Positions 24,886 through 36,018 are shown, counted from the first letter of the stretch. The stretch is DNA of 64,000 nucleotides from a virus (IMGVR_UViG_3300047476_001426:72486-136485), one strand, 5' to 3'. Numbers and translations: made by a program. Notes: generated from the sequence alone by a model not told the origin.

Positions 24886-25551
24886 TTATTTTGTTATTGT
24901 CATTATAATTGTTCCTGGTACCACATTGTCTAATTGACTTGAAACTTTCTTTATAATTCTACCATATCCAACATCACCGGGTATAGTAACACAATGTGAT
25001 ATTTGATTTATATTTCTTATTAAACCACCTTTCAGAAACATAATCAAATCTGAGTCACTTTTATTATTTATTATCTCTATATCGTCAATTGTTTCTATTT
25101 TTAAATTACAATTAGAAAACATGTGATAATGAATGTCATTTAAGTCTGGTTCATTAATCCATAAATTTTCTTTTTCCATCACGACACTATTTTCATAAGG
25201 TTTGGATTCTCTTCCATAAACATCATTTAATCTAACCAAATCGTGTTTGTCTTTGGGTGTTTCAATTTCAAATAAATTGGTCCCATTAGGAGACAGTGAT
25301 TTTGTTGAATGAAATAATCCTCTTCTAATCATAACTTTGTCTAAGGGTTTTAAAAGTCTACTATCTGATAAAAAGGATAATTCAGCGTCACCGTCAAGTA
25401 AAACTAAACCAGTTGTTTTTTTAGGGTGACAATGCAATGATGTTGAATGTTCGTGATTAATATGTAAAAACCATAAACCAACATCCTCGTTTTCATAAAC
25501 AAGGTATTCATAACCCCATGGTTTTACAACTATTTGATTTTTAAAATCCAT
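24886..25551 (-). CDS. Cupin protein (mannose-6-phosphate isomerase-like)
   Basis: KPWGYE, SLHCH, FHST, EIETP. Confidence 0.75.
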   Translation of the reverse strand: MDFKNQIVVKPWGYEYLVYENEDVGLWFLHINHEHSTSLHCHPKKTTGLVLLDGDAELSFLSDSRLLKPLDKVMIRRGLFHSTKSLSPNGTNLFEIETPKDKHDLVRLNDVYGRESKPYENSVVMEKENLWINEPDLNDIHYHMFSNCNLKIETIDDIEIINNKSDSDLIMFLKGGLIRNINQISHCVTIPGDVGYGRIIKKVSSQLDNVVPGTIIMTITK

Positions 25552-26102
25552 TAATAACCCATTCTTTTATTATGTACCCCATACGCGGTGTTCAACCAAT
25601 CGCCCATAAAATCATAATGAGGACAAGAAATTATATTACCATCAACAACAACTGGACCCACATCAAATGTTGCACCCGCGTTTTCAATATCAACACTAAT
25701 ACTGTAATATCCCGATACTCTTCTATTTTGTAAAACTTTAGATGATATTAGTAATTGAGCACCGTTACAGATAGAAAAAATCGTTTTATCTAAAAAATTC
25801 CATCTATTAATAAATTTAAGTACCCCCTTTTCTTGTCTAACTTTTTCAAGAGCTTTAACACCTCCCGGTAAAACCAAAATTTCATATTCTTGAAGATATT
25901 GTTCAATTATATTATCATCTTCAAAAATTGTTGTTGGAACGTCACATATCATATGACTCCCCAAACTACCCCAAATCTTACCTTCTTTATTCGCCATTAG
26001 CGTTACTTCATATCCATGTTCTTTTAGACTATAGTATGGATAAATGAGTTCATGGTCTTGGTATTTCTCCCATGTGATTATTAATGCTTTCTTTTTTACC
26101 AT
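25551..26102 (-). CDS. DJ-1/PfpI family protein
   Basis: LVLPGG, SICNGAQLL. Confidence 0.85.
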   Translation of the reverse strand: MVKKKALIITWEKYQDHELIYPYYSLKEHGYEVTLMANKEGKIWGSLGSHMICDVPTTIFEDDNIIEQYLQEYEILVLPGGVKALEKVRQEKGVLKFINRWNFLDKTIFSICNGAQLLISSKVLQNRRVSGYYSISVDIENAGATFDVGPVVVDGNIISCPHYDFMGDWLNTAYGVHNKRMGY

Positions 26103-27043
26103 ATGAATTTGTTTTTATAATGCTCAACAATTTTTATTATTTCTTCATCAAATATTTTTATTGGTTTCCAACCTAAATTTCGTAATTTTTCATCATTAAG
26201 TGAATACCTTAAATCAATTCCAGGTCTAGTATATGACAAATCAACATAATTTGTGATATCATCTTGATTCTTATATATTTTAATTATTTTTTTTACTGTT
26301 TCTAAATTAGATTGTTCATGGTCAGATGAAATATTGTATATTTCATTAATACTACCCGATTCAATTATTTTTATAATTGCTTTGGAGGTATCTTCAGCGT
26401 GTAACCAATTTCTAATTGGTTCACCATTTTTATGTAAGGGTATTTTTTTATTTAATTTTAAGTACTTACATGTTTTAGGTATTAATTTTTCAACATATTG
26501 ACCAATACCATAGTTGTTAGTTGGTCTTACTATAACATATGGTAAATTATATGTCCTACCCCATGCAATTATTAATTGGTCTGACGCCGCTTTTGTTGCT
26601 GAATACGGATTACTTGGTTTTAATAAATCGGTTTCATAATGAGAACCATTAACTATATCACCGTATACTTCATCGGTACTAAAATGTAAAAGAACGGGTG
26701 AGTTTGATGTCTCATTTCTACAATTTCTTAATAATTCTAAAAGATTATGTACACCGTTTATATTTGTTCTGACAAAGTCATCACTATTAGATATTGAATT
26801 ACCAACGTGTGTCTCCGCTGCGGTGTTTATTATGTAGTCACAGTCATATAAAAATTTCAAATCATTTATATCGGATTTTATAAATGAAAAATTTTCATAA
26901 GAATTAAATTCATCTAACAAACTTGAATTGGCAGCATAAGTGATTTTATCGACCCCTTTAACATACCAACCTAATTCCAAACATTGTCTTGTTATGTATG
27001 AACCGATAAAACCTAAACAACCTGTAACATAAACTACTTTCAT
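26096..27043 (-). CDS. rfbB: dTDP-glucose 4,6-dehydratase-like
   Basis: AAETHV, STDEVYG, PYSATKA, NNYG, EKLIP. Confidence 0.85.
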   Translation of the reverse strand: MKVVYVTGCLGFIGSYITRQCLELGWYVKGVDKITYAANSSLLDEFNSYENFSFIKSDINDLKFLYDCDYIINTAAETHVGNSISNSDDFVRTNINGVHNLLELLRNCRNETSNSPVLLHFSTDEVYGDIVNGSHYETDLLKPSNPYSATKAASDQLIIAWGRTYNLPYVIVRPTNNYGIGQYVEKLIPKTCKYLKLNKKIPLHKNGEPIRNWLHAEDTSKAIIKIIESGSINEIYNISSDHEQSNLETVKKIIKIYKNQDDITNYVDLSYTRPGIDLRYSLNDEKLRNLGWKPIKIFDEEIIKIVEHYKNKFIW

Positions 27044-28182
27044 TATGAAAAAAATTCTTTTATTTTATCAGTAACATAATCAACATCGTCTATTGACATT
27101 CCGTGATGAGCACCAAGTAAAAATCCATTTTTCATAATTGTATCAGCATTTTTAAATGGTTCCAAATATTCTCGATATGCGGGATGTCGAGTCACATTAC
27201 CGGCGAATGTTACTCTTGTTTGAATATGATTTTCTTCTAAAAAATGTAATAAATCATATCTATATTCTGTCTGTAATGGAATTGCCAACCAATTTGGTTT
27301 TATTGTATCATCGGGTAAAATAATTTCAGATACATCTTTTAAATTTGTCATATACCTCTCAATATTATTTCTCCTGATAATTTCAAATTTTTTAAATTTT
27401 TCTAATTGAACTAACCCAAACGCAGCATTCATTTCAGAACTTTTAAAATTATATCCTAAAACACTGTAGAGAAATTTATGGTCATATGGTATTCCGTCAA
27501 CAGAGTGATTAAACCTATCAGACATTATTTCTGAATTATCACCCATTCGACCCCAATCACGGTATTGTAAACAAACGTTTTTTAAATTCTCATCGTTAAA
27601 CATTACCATACCACCTGAACCACCAGCAGTGATTACATGACTAGCATAAAAACTAGTGGTTGAGATGTCGGACTCTAAAGTCTGTGTCACAGTATCCGCG
27701 GAATCTTCTATCAACACAATATCTTCTCGACCAATTTCGATTAAACAATCTTTTAAGAGTTTCCAGTCGGGTTTATTACCAATGAGGTTTGGTAACATTA
27801 TGACTTTTACGTCATCGTCAACCAATGATATTATCTCACTTACATGTGGTACGTATGTTGTTAAACCCACATCACAAAAAACAGGTATTAACCCAAGTTG
27901 AATTATTGGGGCTAAAGTCGTTGAGAAAGTACATGAAGGTGTAATTACTTTAGTACCTTTAGATAGTTGTAAACAAGCCAAAGACAAAAGACACGCAGAG
28001 GAACCGGAATTAACAAATACTCCGTATTTTTTACCAAAAAATTTACTAATTTTTTCTTCAAACTCTACCGTCTTTGGTCCAAAACCAGCAATCCACCCAT
28101 CTCGAAGACAATTTACAACCGCCTGTATTTCCTCTTCACCATAGGATTCAAATTTATTCGGTGCGTACCATATTTTTTTCAT
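27043..28182 (-). CDS. rfbH: DegT-family NDP-4-keto-6-deoxyglucose 3-dehydratase (RfbH/DdhC-like)
   Basis: VNSGSSA, SFYASH (His at the usual Schiff-base Lys position), RDWGR, YDHKFLY..GYN. Confidence 0.8.
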   Translation of the reverse strand: MKKIWYAPNKFESYGEEEIQAVVNCLRDGWIAGFGPKTVEFEEKISKFFGKKYGVFVNSGSSACLLSLACLQLSKGTKVITPSCTFSTTLAPIIQLGLIPVFCDVGLTTYVPHVSEIISLVDDDVKVIMLPNLIGNKPDWKLLKDCLIEIGREDIVLIEDSADTVTQTLESDISTTSFYASHVITAGGSGGMVMFNDENLKNVCLQYRDWGRMGDNSEIMSDRFNHSVDGIPYDHKFLYSVLGYNFKSSEMNAAFGLVQLEKFKKFEIIRRNNIERYMTNLKDVSEIILPDDTIKPNWLAIPLQTEYRYDLLHFLEENHIQTRVTFAGNVTRHPAYREYLEPFKNADTIMKNGFLLGAHHGMSIDDVDYVTDKIKEFFS

Positions 28183-28191
28183 AAACTATTT

Positions 28192-29037
28192 TTACATCCA
28201 ACCCATACTAATAAATTTCATATGGTTATCATCGATATTATTATGTCGGTGTATATTGCAACCTTCCACACCTTCGTGTGTTGTGTGTCTAATTACAGGG
28301 AAAGTTGTTACACCACCTTTCTCTCTCCATTGTTCAATAGTGTAAAGAGGTTCTTCATCACTATAAAATCTAACTAATTTTTTAAATCCATGTTTACCCA
28401 TGTATGCGGAAAAAGACACGTCGTCATTCCAAGATGCATCCATAAATTCTTGATATAAATCATCTTGGAAGAAATACCTTTGGTAAGATATTGTCTTATA
28501 GTGTTGTAAAAATTTCACATACACATCTTTGTATACCGAAACAACAAAAGTGTTTCTAACATCATCAAAATCAGATGGGTTTTCACATCTACTACCGTCG
28601 TATCCACAAGCAGTATCAACATATGTTTCCTGATTTTTAACTTGTTCCTCAACCATTTTTGGGTGGTAAACTAAATCATCGTCACATACAATTAAAATCG
28701 CATCAGGTTCATTAACTCTTTTTAAAGTTGGAACTAATTTGGTCATGGTTCCCAAATCCTCTAAACCTTCATATATTTTAAATTTTGGATGTTGTACCGA
28801 TAATTCTTTCATCCACTCAGGAACAACATAAGTTTCTCCTGTTAATTTACTTACTGACGGTACATTGAGATGAATTTCGTATTCACCATTATAATCTTGT
28901 TCGATTAATGATTTAATGTTACTTTTTATTCCCGTATCGTAGTCCGCGGAAAGTCTAGATGGGATTGTGGTTAAACTCACAATAACTCTTCTTTTTGGTT
29001 TCATAATTAGGTTCTTAATTTTATCAAGTATCGACAT
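28192..29037 (-). CDS. Glycosyltransferase (GT-A fold)
   Basis: VSLTTIPSRL, DLGTMTKL, CDDD..Y, NDD. Confidence 0.75.
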   Translation of the reverse strand: MSILDKIKNLIMKPKRRVIVSLTTIPSRLSADYDTGIKSNIKSLIEQDYNGEYEIHLNVPSVSKLTGETYVVPEWMKELSVQHPKFKIYEGLEDLGTMTKLVPTLKRVNEPDAILIVCDDDLVYHPKMVEEQVKNQETYVDTACGYDGSRCENPSDFDDVRNTFVVSVYKDVYVKFLQHYKTISYQRYFFQDDLYQEFMDASWNDDVSFSAYMGKHGFKKLVRFYSDEEPLYTIEQWREKGGVTTFPVIRHTTHEGVEGCNIHRHNNIDDNHMKFISMGWM

Positions 29038-29044
29038 AATTTAT

Positions 29045-29899
29045 TTATTTTTCAATGTATATTTTATCATTATTTTGTGTGAACTCATCATAAATTACTT
29101 GGTCCATTGCACCCATGTGATGTCCACATTGTTTTCTAAATTCATTAAATCCCGAATCAGGAAAAGATAATTGTCTAACAATTGGGAAACTATGTGACCC
29201 TCGACCGTTCCAATTCACAGGTCTCCAATCGGTTTCATTTTCCCAAGTTGCACATATGTAATGTCTTTCTTTTAATTTAAAGTAGTAACCAGCTAAAACA
29301 TCATCATTTGTTGCCATTGATAGGAATGATTCATCCATAAAATCATCACCAAAATAACTTCTGAGGTATGAAACTGAATGCCAATGTCCGGGTTGAACAA
29401 CTTGTCCGTCATATTTTATTGGGAAGAAGAAATGTGTTGGACTAAGTGTGTATTTGGTTACACCTTCCTGTTCATCATACCATTCACGTTTTTCAATACA
29501 ATTATCACCTCTAAAACAAATCATTGCATTTGGATATTGTTGCATTTTTTTAAGGTGGTATTCTAACATATCTTCGTGATAGACATGGTCATCATCACAA
29601 ACAATCATAATATCATTAGGGTCACTGATATACAATAACGCACCTATAATTTTTACAACAGGTCCATAGTCTTTTTCAACTCTGTTTAATATTAATTTTG
29701 GATTTTGATTAGCGAATTCAATTAAATCATTTGAGATTACATATTCTTCGTCATTATTATTTTTATATCTAAACGGAATGTTAAGTAAAACTTTATAATC
29801 TTTGTCCGTTTTTTGATTCAATAAGGAAATGAGATTTTCCTTAAATGAATCCCAAAGATTAATTCTTTTTGGTACTGTTGTTAGTGAAATATAAATCAT
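29045..29899 (-). CDS. Glycosyltransferase (GT-A fold), paralog of 28192-29037
   Basis: ISLTTVPKR, DYGPVVK, CDDD..Y, NDD. Confidence 0.75.
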   Translation of the reverse strand: MIYISLTTVPKRINLWDSFKENLISLLNQKTDKDYKVLLNIPFRYKNNNDEEYVISNDLIEFANQNPKLILNRVEKDYGPVVKIIGALLYISDPNDIMIVCDDDHVYHEDMLEYHLKKMQQYPNAMICFRGDNCIEKREWYDEQEGVTKYTLSPTHFFFPIKYDGQVVQPGHWHSVSYLRSYFGDDFMDESFLSMATNDDVLAGYYFKLKERHYICATWENETDWRPVNWNGRGSHSFPIVRQLSFPDSGFNEFRKQCGHHMGAMDQVIYDEFTQNNDKIYIEK

Positions 29900-29900
29900 C

Positions 29901-30683
29901 TTATAGGTTGTTTATTAATTTTAAGAATTCTAATGAGTGGTCTGCTCTATTTAAATCGTTTTTTCTATCTTGTTCAGTCGGGTAATCACCCATATCCAAA
30001 GATACCTTCTCCCCCGTTTTAAATAAATCCAAAACTCTATTAAAAGTTGATTTGTTATTTAAAACCAATGACTTATTTACAAATGTCATTTCAAGAATGT
30101 GAGGTAAAACAATGTTCACATCACCTTCAACATACGGAGACGAACCAGCGTAATTATTCGCGTGAAAATGACAATGATAAAAATATTCATTTAATCTTTT
30201 CACGATTTCAAAATACCTTTCAAGATTCTCTTTTCCATCTATTGGGTGAAATTCTACAACGATACCTGTAACAATTTGGGATAATCTTTCGATATCGGTG
30301 TTTAAAAAGAACGGAAATTCCGCACCTTCAATATCCATTTTTAAAAAGACAGGTTCTTTGATTCCACTTTGTTCGTAATGTGCGAAAAAGGTATCAAGGT
30401 CAGTTTCTTTTTGGTAAGATAAACCTTCTTTCTTAAATGTCATCAAATGTGACAAATCGTGTGGGATACCCGCACCTTCAACAGTGTGGTCATAAGAAAA
30501 TGATGGTTTATTTGTTTTTCTAACGTAGTCTAATTCAAATGAAATGTCTGAACCAACCCCATAAGAAAAAAGAGCCGCACTGTTATCTAATACGATTTGC
30601 GGGACAACATAACCACCATCCCATTCATTACCTAATCTAACTTTAGGTGACTTAACGTCATATATTTTTAATTGTTCTATCAT
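29901..30683 (-). CDS. FkbM-like methyltransferase
   Basis: RLGNEWDGGY, SYGVG.DISFE, LKMDIEGAE. Confidence 0.8.
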   Translation of the reverse strand: MIEQLKIYDVKSPKVRLGNEWDGGYVVPQIVLDNSAALFSYGVGSDISFELDYVRKTNKPSFSYDHTVEGAGIPHDLSHLMTFKKEGLSYQKETDLDTFFAHYEQSGIKEPVFLKMDIEGAEFPFFLNTDIERLSQIVTGIVVEFHPIDGKENLERYFEIVKRLNEYFYHCHFHANNYAGSSPYVEGDVNIVLPHILEMTFVNKSLVLNNKSTFNRVLDLFKTGEKVSLDMGDYPTEQDRKNDLNRADHSLEFLKLINNL

Positions 30684-31315
30684 ACAATATTTTTATTTTC
30701 AAAAAAATTTATTAATCTGTCTCTATTTGTGATATGTACTTCACCATCTGACAGTTCCTTTATTAAATACCCGTCTTCATCACAATATAAACTGTGAACA
30801 TCTACATAAATCATTTCATTTTCTTCACATTTGGTTTTTAACATTTTATTTAATTTCAACACATATCTAAGTCTATCTTCATCTGGCCCAATTACAGGGT
30901 ATTGTTCTTGAAACCTTGATGGGTCGTAATTACCACCAAAATATCTAATTGCGGGAACTATACTCATTACACCAAAATCTTGATGTTGACTCTTTTCCAT
31001 TACATCAAAGAGATTATTAACCAATGTTGATAAAACTTCATCCTCATCTCTTCCGTTTTCATTTATTTGTTTCCATATGTGACATCTACAATCAATTTCA
31101 CCAAAAGCGAGGACCCACAATCCTTCTCTTTGAACTTCATTACGAGGTATATAATAGTCATCAAAACCCATTTCAAAACCGTTTATACCGACACTGTGCA
31201 ATGTTCGTGGTCCAATATTTAATGTTCTTACTTTGGGGGATTGACCACTACCAATACAAAATGTATTTGAGTGAGAATCACCAATCACATAAATTATATC
31301 GTATTTTTTATTCAT
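30680..31315 (-). CDS. SGNH/GDSL-like protein
   Basis: IGDSH, FGEIDCR, DGEVH. Confidence 0.7.
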   Translation of the reverse strand: MNKKYDIIYVIGDSHSNTFCIGSGQSPKVRTLNIGPRTLHSVGINGFEMGFDDYYIPRNEVQREGLWVLAFGEIDCRCHIWKQINENGRDEDEVLSTLVNNLFDVMEKSQHQDFGVMSIVPAIRYFGGNYDPSRFQEQYPVIGPDEDRLRYVLKLNKMLKTKCEENEMIYVDVHSLYCDEDGYLIKELSDGEVHITNRDRLINFFENKNIV

Positions 31316-31316
31316 G

Positions 31317-32360
31317 TTATTTTAATTTTTCTAAGTCAATTAATTCGTCTAAATAAATTCTCACATAGGAGTCTAAAGTACAATTCTCCTCGTACCACTT
31401 TCTACCGTTTTGAGAATAAAATTCAACTAATTTTGGATTATTTTTTAACTCTTCAAATTTATCAATGTAAGCATCTGCCAATTTTTTAAAATCACTTAAA
31501 TCGTCACATTCTACTTTGGCATAATGGTAATTGGGTATTAGTTTATTGTGGTATTGTATAACTAATTCAGGTCTTATCACCGCACAACCTAAACCCATGC
31601 CGTCAATAGTTCTTACTGAGACTTCTGAAACAGAATTCACATCCATAATAATCGAATATTGGGAAAGTTCTTTAATGAATTCCTCACCACTTAATCTACC
31701 ATACCAATCTATATGAAATCTATCATCGTGGTCTCGTAAATATTCTCTAAAAGGGGTTCCTCTACCCCTTAAAAATAATTTTTCAGGGAATTTCCTCTCT
31801 TTATTTTTATAAGACAATTCGATTTGTTCGTATGCATCTCTAAAGAATGTTGTAAGAGTACATGGTGTATATTCGAATTCAACACAATCTTTTCTATATC
31901 CTTCGTCATCATAACAATCATGAGGTATTAATTTTTCATATTTAAAATCATCAAAATGAACACCTACGGGTTGGAAAATATCTACACAATTATCCAAATC
32001 CCAACCCCAATTATCTTTAAATTGTTTATATAATGGGTGGGTTGATTCTAAATGACCTCTACCAATGTAGTGAGCTTTATCACACCACGAAATAATCATA
32101 AATTTACCTGTTTCAGGATTTTTAATAACAGGGGTTGCAATTCCATACGCTGGACAACAACAGTTTTTATTTATATCCCTATTATTAATCGGTGTAATTT
32201 CTATTTCGGGGTATTTTTGCAACATTTTACGATAAAGTTCAAACATGCATATTAAAGTCATGTTTGAAAAGTCTTTATAGTTCTTGTTAAAATCATTTAA
32301 ATCATCGACAGTCCATTTGTCAAAGTCTAAATAAAATTCTAATTTCTTTATATCACCCAT
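31317..32360 (-). CDS. Glycosyltransferase-like protein (GT-B/GT90-like C-terminus)
   Basis: FLRG, SVR.ID..GLG..VI..LIPNYHY. Confidence 0.55.
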   Translation of the reverse strand: MGDIKKLEFYLDFDKWTVDDLNDFNKNYKDFSNMTLICMFELYRKMLQKYPEIEITPINNRDINKNCCCPAYGIATPVIKNPETGKFMIISWCDKAHYIGRGHLESTHPLYKQFKDNWGWDLDNCVDIFQPVGVHFDDFKYEKLIPHDCYDDEGYRKDCVEFEYTPCTLTTFFRDAYEQIELSYKNKERKFPEKLFLRGRGTPFREYLRDHDDRFHIDWYGRLSGEEFIKELSQYSIIMDVNSVSEVSVRTIDGMGLGCAVIRPELVIQYHNKLIPNYHYAKVECDDLSDFKKLADAYIDKFEELKNNPKLVEFYSQNGRKWYEENCTLDSYVRIYLDELIDLEKLK

Positions 32361-32404
32361 TATTATAAAATATAAGGAATATGGGTTTTATAGTAAACTA
32401 GTGA

Positions 32405-33382
32405 TTATAATATTTTACTTATATCAATTAATTTTGTTGCGATAGATGAATTCATCTCAATTGTTGCATTTTCCTCATACCATTTACGACCGTTTTTGGC
32501 AACAAAATCTATAAAATCGTAGTCCCTTTTTATTTTTTCAAACTTATCAAAAACCCTATTTGCAACTTTTTTACAATAACCATCATAATCATTTCCCATT
32601 TCTTCAATATCGTGAAAATCAACCGATATGTAATGGTAATCAGGTATTAATGGATTATGAAAATCTGTAACTAATTTTAATCTAAATAACGCTGAACCAA
32701 GACCCAAAATTTCAATATCCCTGAAACAAATTTCACCAGCACCATTTAAACTTAAGTTTAGTTTATTATGATTCAATTCTGACAAATAGTTTTCAATGTT
32801 TAACAAATCTTCAACAACTGAAACTACATTTCCATTTTCATCAATTGATTTCATTGTTCCTGTTACATCAAATCTTTTATCATAAAAAAGATGTTCTCTA
32901 AACAGGTAAAGGTGACCTCTGAATGTTAATTTTTCGGGATACACTCTATTATCAAGTATTTTTGTTTTTGAATATAAATCTTCTATAATCCCCTCACCAA
33001 CAGAAGTTGCACCAACATATGATATTGGAGTATATTCAACTAAAGATTGTTTTTTGTAATATATGTCATTTTCATGGTGACCAATACTACTTAGTATTTC
33101 AACACAATTTTCTAAATCCCAATTAGTTTGTTTTAGGTTTACTATTTTATCCCAATATGAAACTAAAATATATTTTTTTGTTATAGGGTTTTCAATTTTC
33201 AAAAAATAGGGCCCATATTGGTGAGCGCATGATTGATAATTTTCATCCCTAAGAGTGTGACTATGAATTGGGACAAATTCAATTTCGGGATATTTTAATT
33301 TCAACTTCTCAAATATAACCTGTAGAGTTTTCATTACACCATGAATGGTTTCCTGATATTCGTAATAACAATTAATTCTCAT
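32405..33382 (-). CDS. Glycosyltransferase-like protein, paralog of 31317-32360
   Basis: LSLNGAGEICFRDIE..GLG..LIPDYHY..NGRKWYEEN. Confidence 0.6.
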   Translation of the reverse strand: MRINCYYEYQETIHGVMKTLQVIFEKLKLKYPEIEFVPIHSHTLRDENYQSCAHQYGPYFLKIENPITKKYILVSYWDKIVNLKQTNWDLENCVEILSSIGHHENDIYYKKQSLVEYTPISYVGATSVGEGIIEDLYSKTKILDNRVYPEKLTFRGHLYLFREHLFYDKRFDVTGTMKSIDENGNVVSVVEDLLNIENYLSELNHNKLNLSLNGAGEICFRDIEILGLGSALFRLKLVTDFHNPLIPDYHYISVDFHDIEEMGNDYDGYCKKVANRVFDKFEKIKRDYDFIDFVAKNGRKWYEENATIEMNSSIATKLIDISKIL

Positions 33383-34217
33383 TCTTTCCGTAATTAAATA
33401 ATAAATGAGAAAAATCGGGGTTATTGATTAGATTTTCTTCATTAATTAGGTTATAAGTAAATTTAATACAAAACTCATTTGGATTGACGGGCATACCGTT
33501 TTCTGGTAAATTAAAAACACCGTGTCTAACAATTTCTGTGTATGCAATTACAAAATATTCATCGATATTTTCATCGACGACATTGTAATCAAATAAAGAT
33601 TTAAGAGTACACATTGTACTCTTAAAATCTAATGTATTTTCTTTTATAAAATCTGTTGTCTCATCTAAATTATGAATACTAATCATATCACATCTTTCGA
33701 ATAATTTGATTAGACTCTCTTTCTTCCATATACAAGGTTGAACACTAAATAAGTAACGGTAATCTCTGTATCTGTGATATAGATTTTCATTAAATTTGTT
33801 AAAACAATCAGACTCAAATTTGGGGAAATCACTCAAAGGAGCACCACCAATATCATCAAACCCGAAATAATCGATATTTTCACATCTCATTAAGTTCAAG
33901 ACATATTCTAAGTCATTGTATTTTATTTCTTTTAAGAAGAAATAATCATCTAATGTAAAAAATACAAATTCTTCATCTATTTGCGATAGACCGTGTATCA
34001 TTGTTTTTACAAATCGATTTTGGTCATGAGAATCGACTTCACTGCTTACGTAATTTACGGAATCTATAAATTTTTTATTTTCATTTTTAAATTTATTAGA
34101 AAGTAGTGTGACTTTTAATTCTGAATTTTTATTGTGTTTGAAAAAATGAGATAAACACAGCTCCGCTAATGATTGATTGTTTTCGTGTGTGTAAAAAAGA
34201 AATCTTACGTCGTTCAT
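33372..34217 (-). CDS. Glycosyltransferase-like protein
   Basis: FTLDDYFF, SVQPCIW. Confidence 0.55.
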   Translation of the reverse strand: MNDVRFLFYTHENNQSLAELCLSHFFKHNKNSELKVTLLSNKFKNENKKFIDSVNYVSSEVDSHDQNRFVKTMIHGLSQIDEEFVFFTLDDYFFLKEIKYNDLEYVLNLMRCENIDYFGFDDIGGAPLSDFPKFESDCFNKFNENLYHRYRDYRYLFSVQPCIWKKESLIKLFERCDMISIHNLDETTDFIKENTLDFKSTMCTLKSLFDYNVVDENIDEYFVIAYTEIVRHGVFNLPENGMPVNPNEFCIKFTYNLINEENLINNPDFSHLLFNYGKNEN

Positions 34218-34663
34218 TGTAATTTTTTTTGGTAATCTAAAATGTAATCACTACATATTCCAATACATTTTGATACATCCTCATTATATAATTCGGGTAA
34301 GACAGAAATCGTATTATCTAATGGTTGATTACCCGGATATACCCATAAGTATCCCGCGGACGTAATTGTTAATAAATCTTCTTGATGCCAAAAGAAATTT
34401 ATCCCCTCATCCATTTTGTAAAGTTCAATAACCGCTTCGGTATTTTTACAATGAACCCATAAATTGGATTTTCTATTTAATATCCACTCGATGTTAATTC
34501 GATACTGAGGATTATCATGACCTAAAAACCATTCATTATCTACATTCCAAACATCTATTTCCACATCAAATCCCATGGACAGTGCTTCCATAATGTAAAA
34601 TATTGAATTTTCTCTTATTTCATTTTTGCCATTTATATTTCCTCTGTGAGATATTAGTATCAT
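34214..34663 (-). CDS. Glycerophosphodiester phosphodiesterase-like protein
   Basis: ISHRGN, DVEIDVW, LGHD, WVHCKN, GICSD. Confidence 0.8.
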   Translation of the reverse strand: MILISHRGNINGKNEIRENSIFYIMEALSMGFDVEIDVWNVDNEWFLGHDNPQYRINIEWILNRKSNLWVHCKNTEAVIELYKMDEGINFFWHQEDLLTITSAGYLWVYPGNQPLDNTISVLPELYNEDVSKCIGICSDYILDYQKKLQ

Positions 34664-36018
34664 TTGTGGTTTTCTATAAAATATTTTAAATCTTCAGGAG
34701 TACCCAAACCCCACATTTTATTTACCTCAAATGTTCTTATAGATTTACCGCCCTCGATTGCTTGATTGAACACAGGACATACATAAAATTCATTATTAAC
34801 TCTAATGTTTTTCTCTATCATTTGTTCAGCGTACTTGACAAAATCAGAACCATGTTTCCAATAATAAAATCCAACGGTTGCCATATTTGAAATAGGGTTT
34901 TTTTCCGCAACTTCTGTAACCAAACCGAATTCATTTACTTTAGCAAAAGACCACTTTGGGTGTATTGATTCAAATGTAACAATACCCCCATCACAATCGG
35001 TTTCTTGCATTTTATACATAAACTCATTTGAGTCCCAAGACACAAATTGGTCTGAATTTGCAAAAAATAATGGATTATCATTATTGATTAAATCTTTAGC
35101 CAATAACGCTGTACACGCAGCACCCTCGGTTAAACCATCCACCTCAATTATTTTACAATTAGGCGCAATGATGTTCAGTAATGTATCAAGATTGTATTTT
35201 ATTCTATGTGATTTTTGAACTATAAAAATAAAATTCGCAACCATGTTTAAGTTTTCAACCACGACTTGAATCATTGGTTTTCCTTCAACGTCAATTAAAG
35301 GTTTAGGGAAGGTATATCCCGCTTGTTCAAATCTTGAACCCGCACCAGCCATTGGTATTATTATATTTAATTTATCATTTGTCCATTGAGGTGATGACAT
35401 TCTATATTCTTGTTTAATTTCGTTTATTTTTTTATTTATATTCTCAAAAGTCACATCTTTTGGTGTGTTAACTCTAAGTATATGGGAATTACTTCTTGAC
35501 GCTGCTAACAAACCGTATGGTGAATCTTCAACAATTAATGTTTCTTCGGGTAGTACCCCAATTTCAGAAATTGCTTTCCAATATATTTCAGGATGAGGTT
35601 TACTATTTTTAACATCCTCGTTAGATAATATCAAATCAAACTTATCTATTATATTAAATTTGGATAATACTGTTAGAACCGTTTTTCTGATACTATTGGA
35701 ACAAACACCTATCTTATAACCTTGAGATATCAATGAATCCATACATACCTGTAATTGGGTAGATGGATTTAATTTGTGAAGAGATTCTAAAGTGTATTTT
35801 TGTTTATCTTCCCAAATTCTTTTAAAAGATTCTTTTGGTAAACCTTTACGTTCATGTAAAATATCTAATTTTTGATTTGTTTTTAAACCATCATAAATAG
35901 ATAGGTGTTCTTCCCAAGTAATTGCATATTGACCTAAAGCCCTATTAAATGATTCATAATGAATATTCTTAGCTTCAACTAAAACACCGTCTAAATCGAA
36001 TAATATGAGCTTTATCAT
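34660..36018 (-). CDS. HAD phosphatase fused to sugar nucleotidyltransferase
   Basis: FDLDGVL, KPHP, EDS; IPMAGAGSRF..PKPLI. Confidence 0.85.
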   Translation of the reverse strand: MIKLILFDLDGVLVEAKNIHYESFNRALGQYAITWEEHLSIYDGLKTNQKLDILHERKGLPKESFKRIWEDKQKYTLESLHKLNPSTQLQVCMDSLISQGYKIGVCSNSIRKTVLTVLSKFNIIDKFDLILSNEDVKNSKPHPEIYWKAISEIGVLPEETLIVEDSPYGLLAASRSNSHILRVNTPKDVTFENINKKINEIKQEYRMSSPQWTNDKLNIIIPMAGAGSRFEQAGYTFPKPLIDVEGKPMIQVVVENLNMVANFIFIVQKSHRIKYNLDTLLNIIAPNCKIIEVDGLTEGAACTALLAKDLINNDNPLFFANSDQFVSWDSNEFMYKMQETDCDGGIVTFESIHPKWSFAKVNEFGLVTEVAEKNPISNMATVGFYYWKHGSDFVKYAEQMIEKNIRVNNEFYVCPVFNQAIEGGKSIRTFEVNKMWGLGTPEDLKYFIENHK

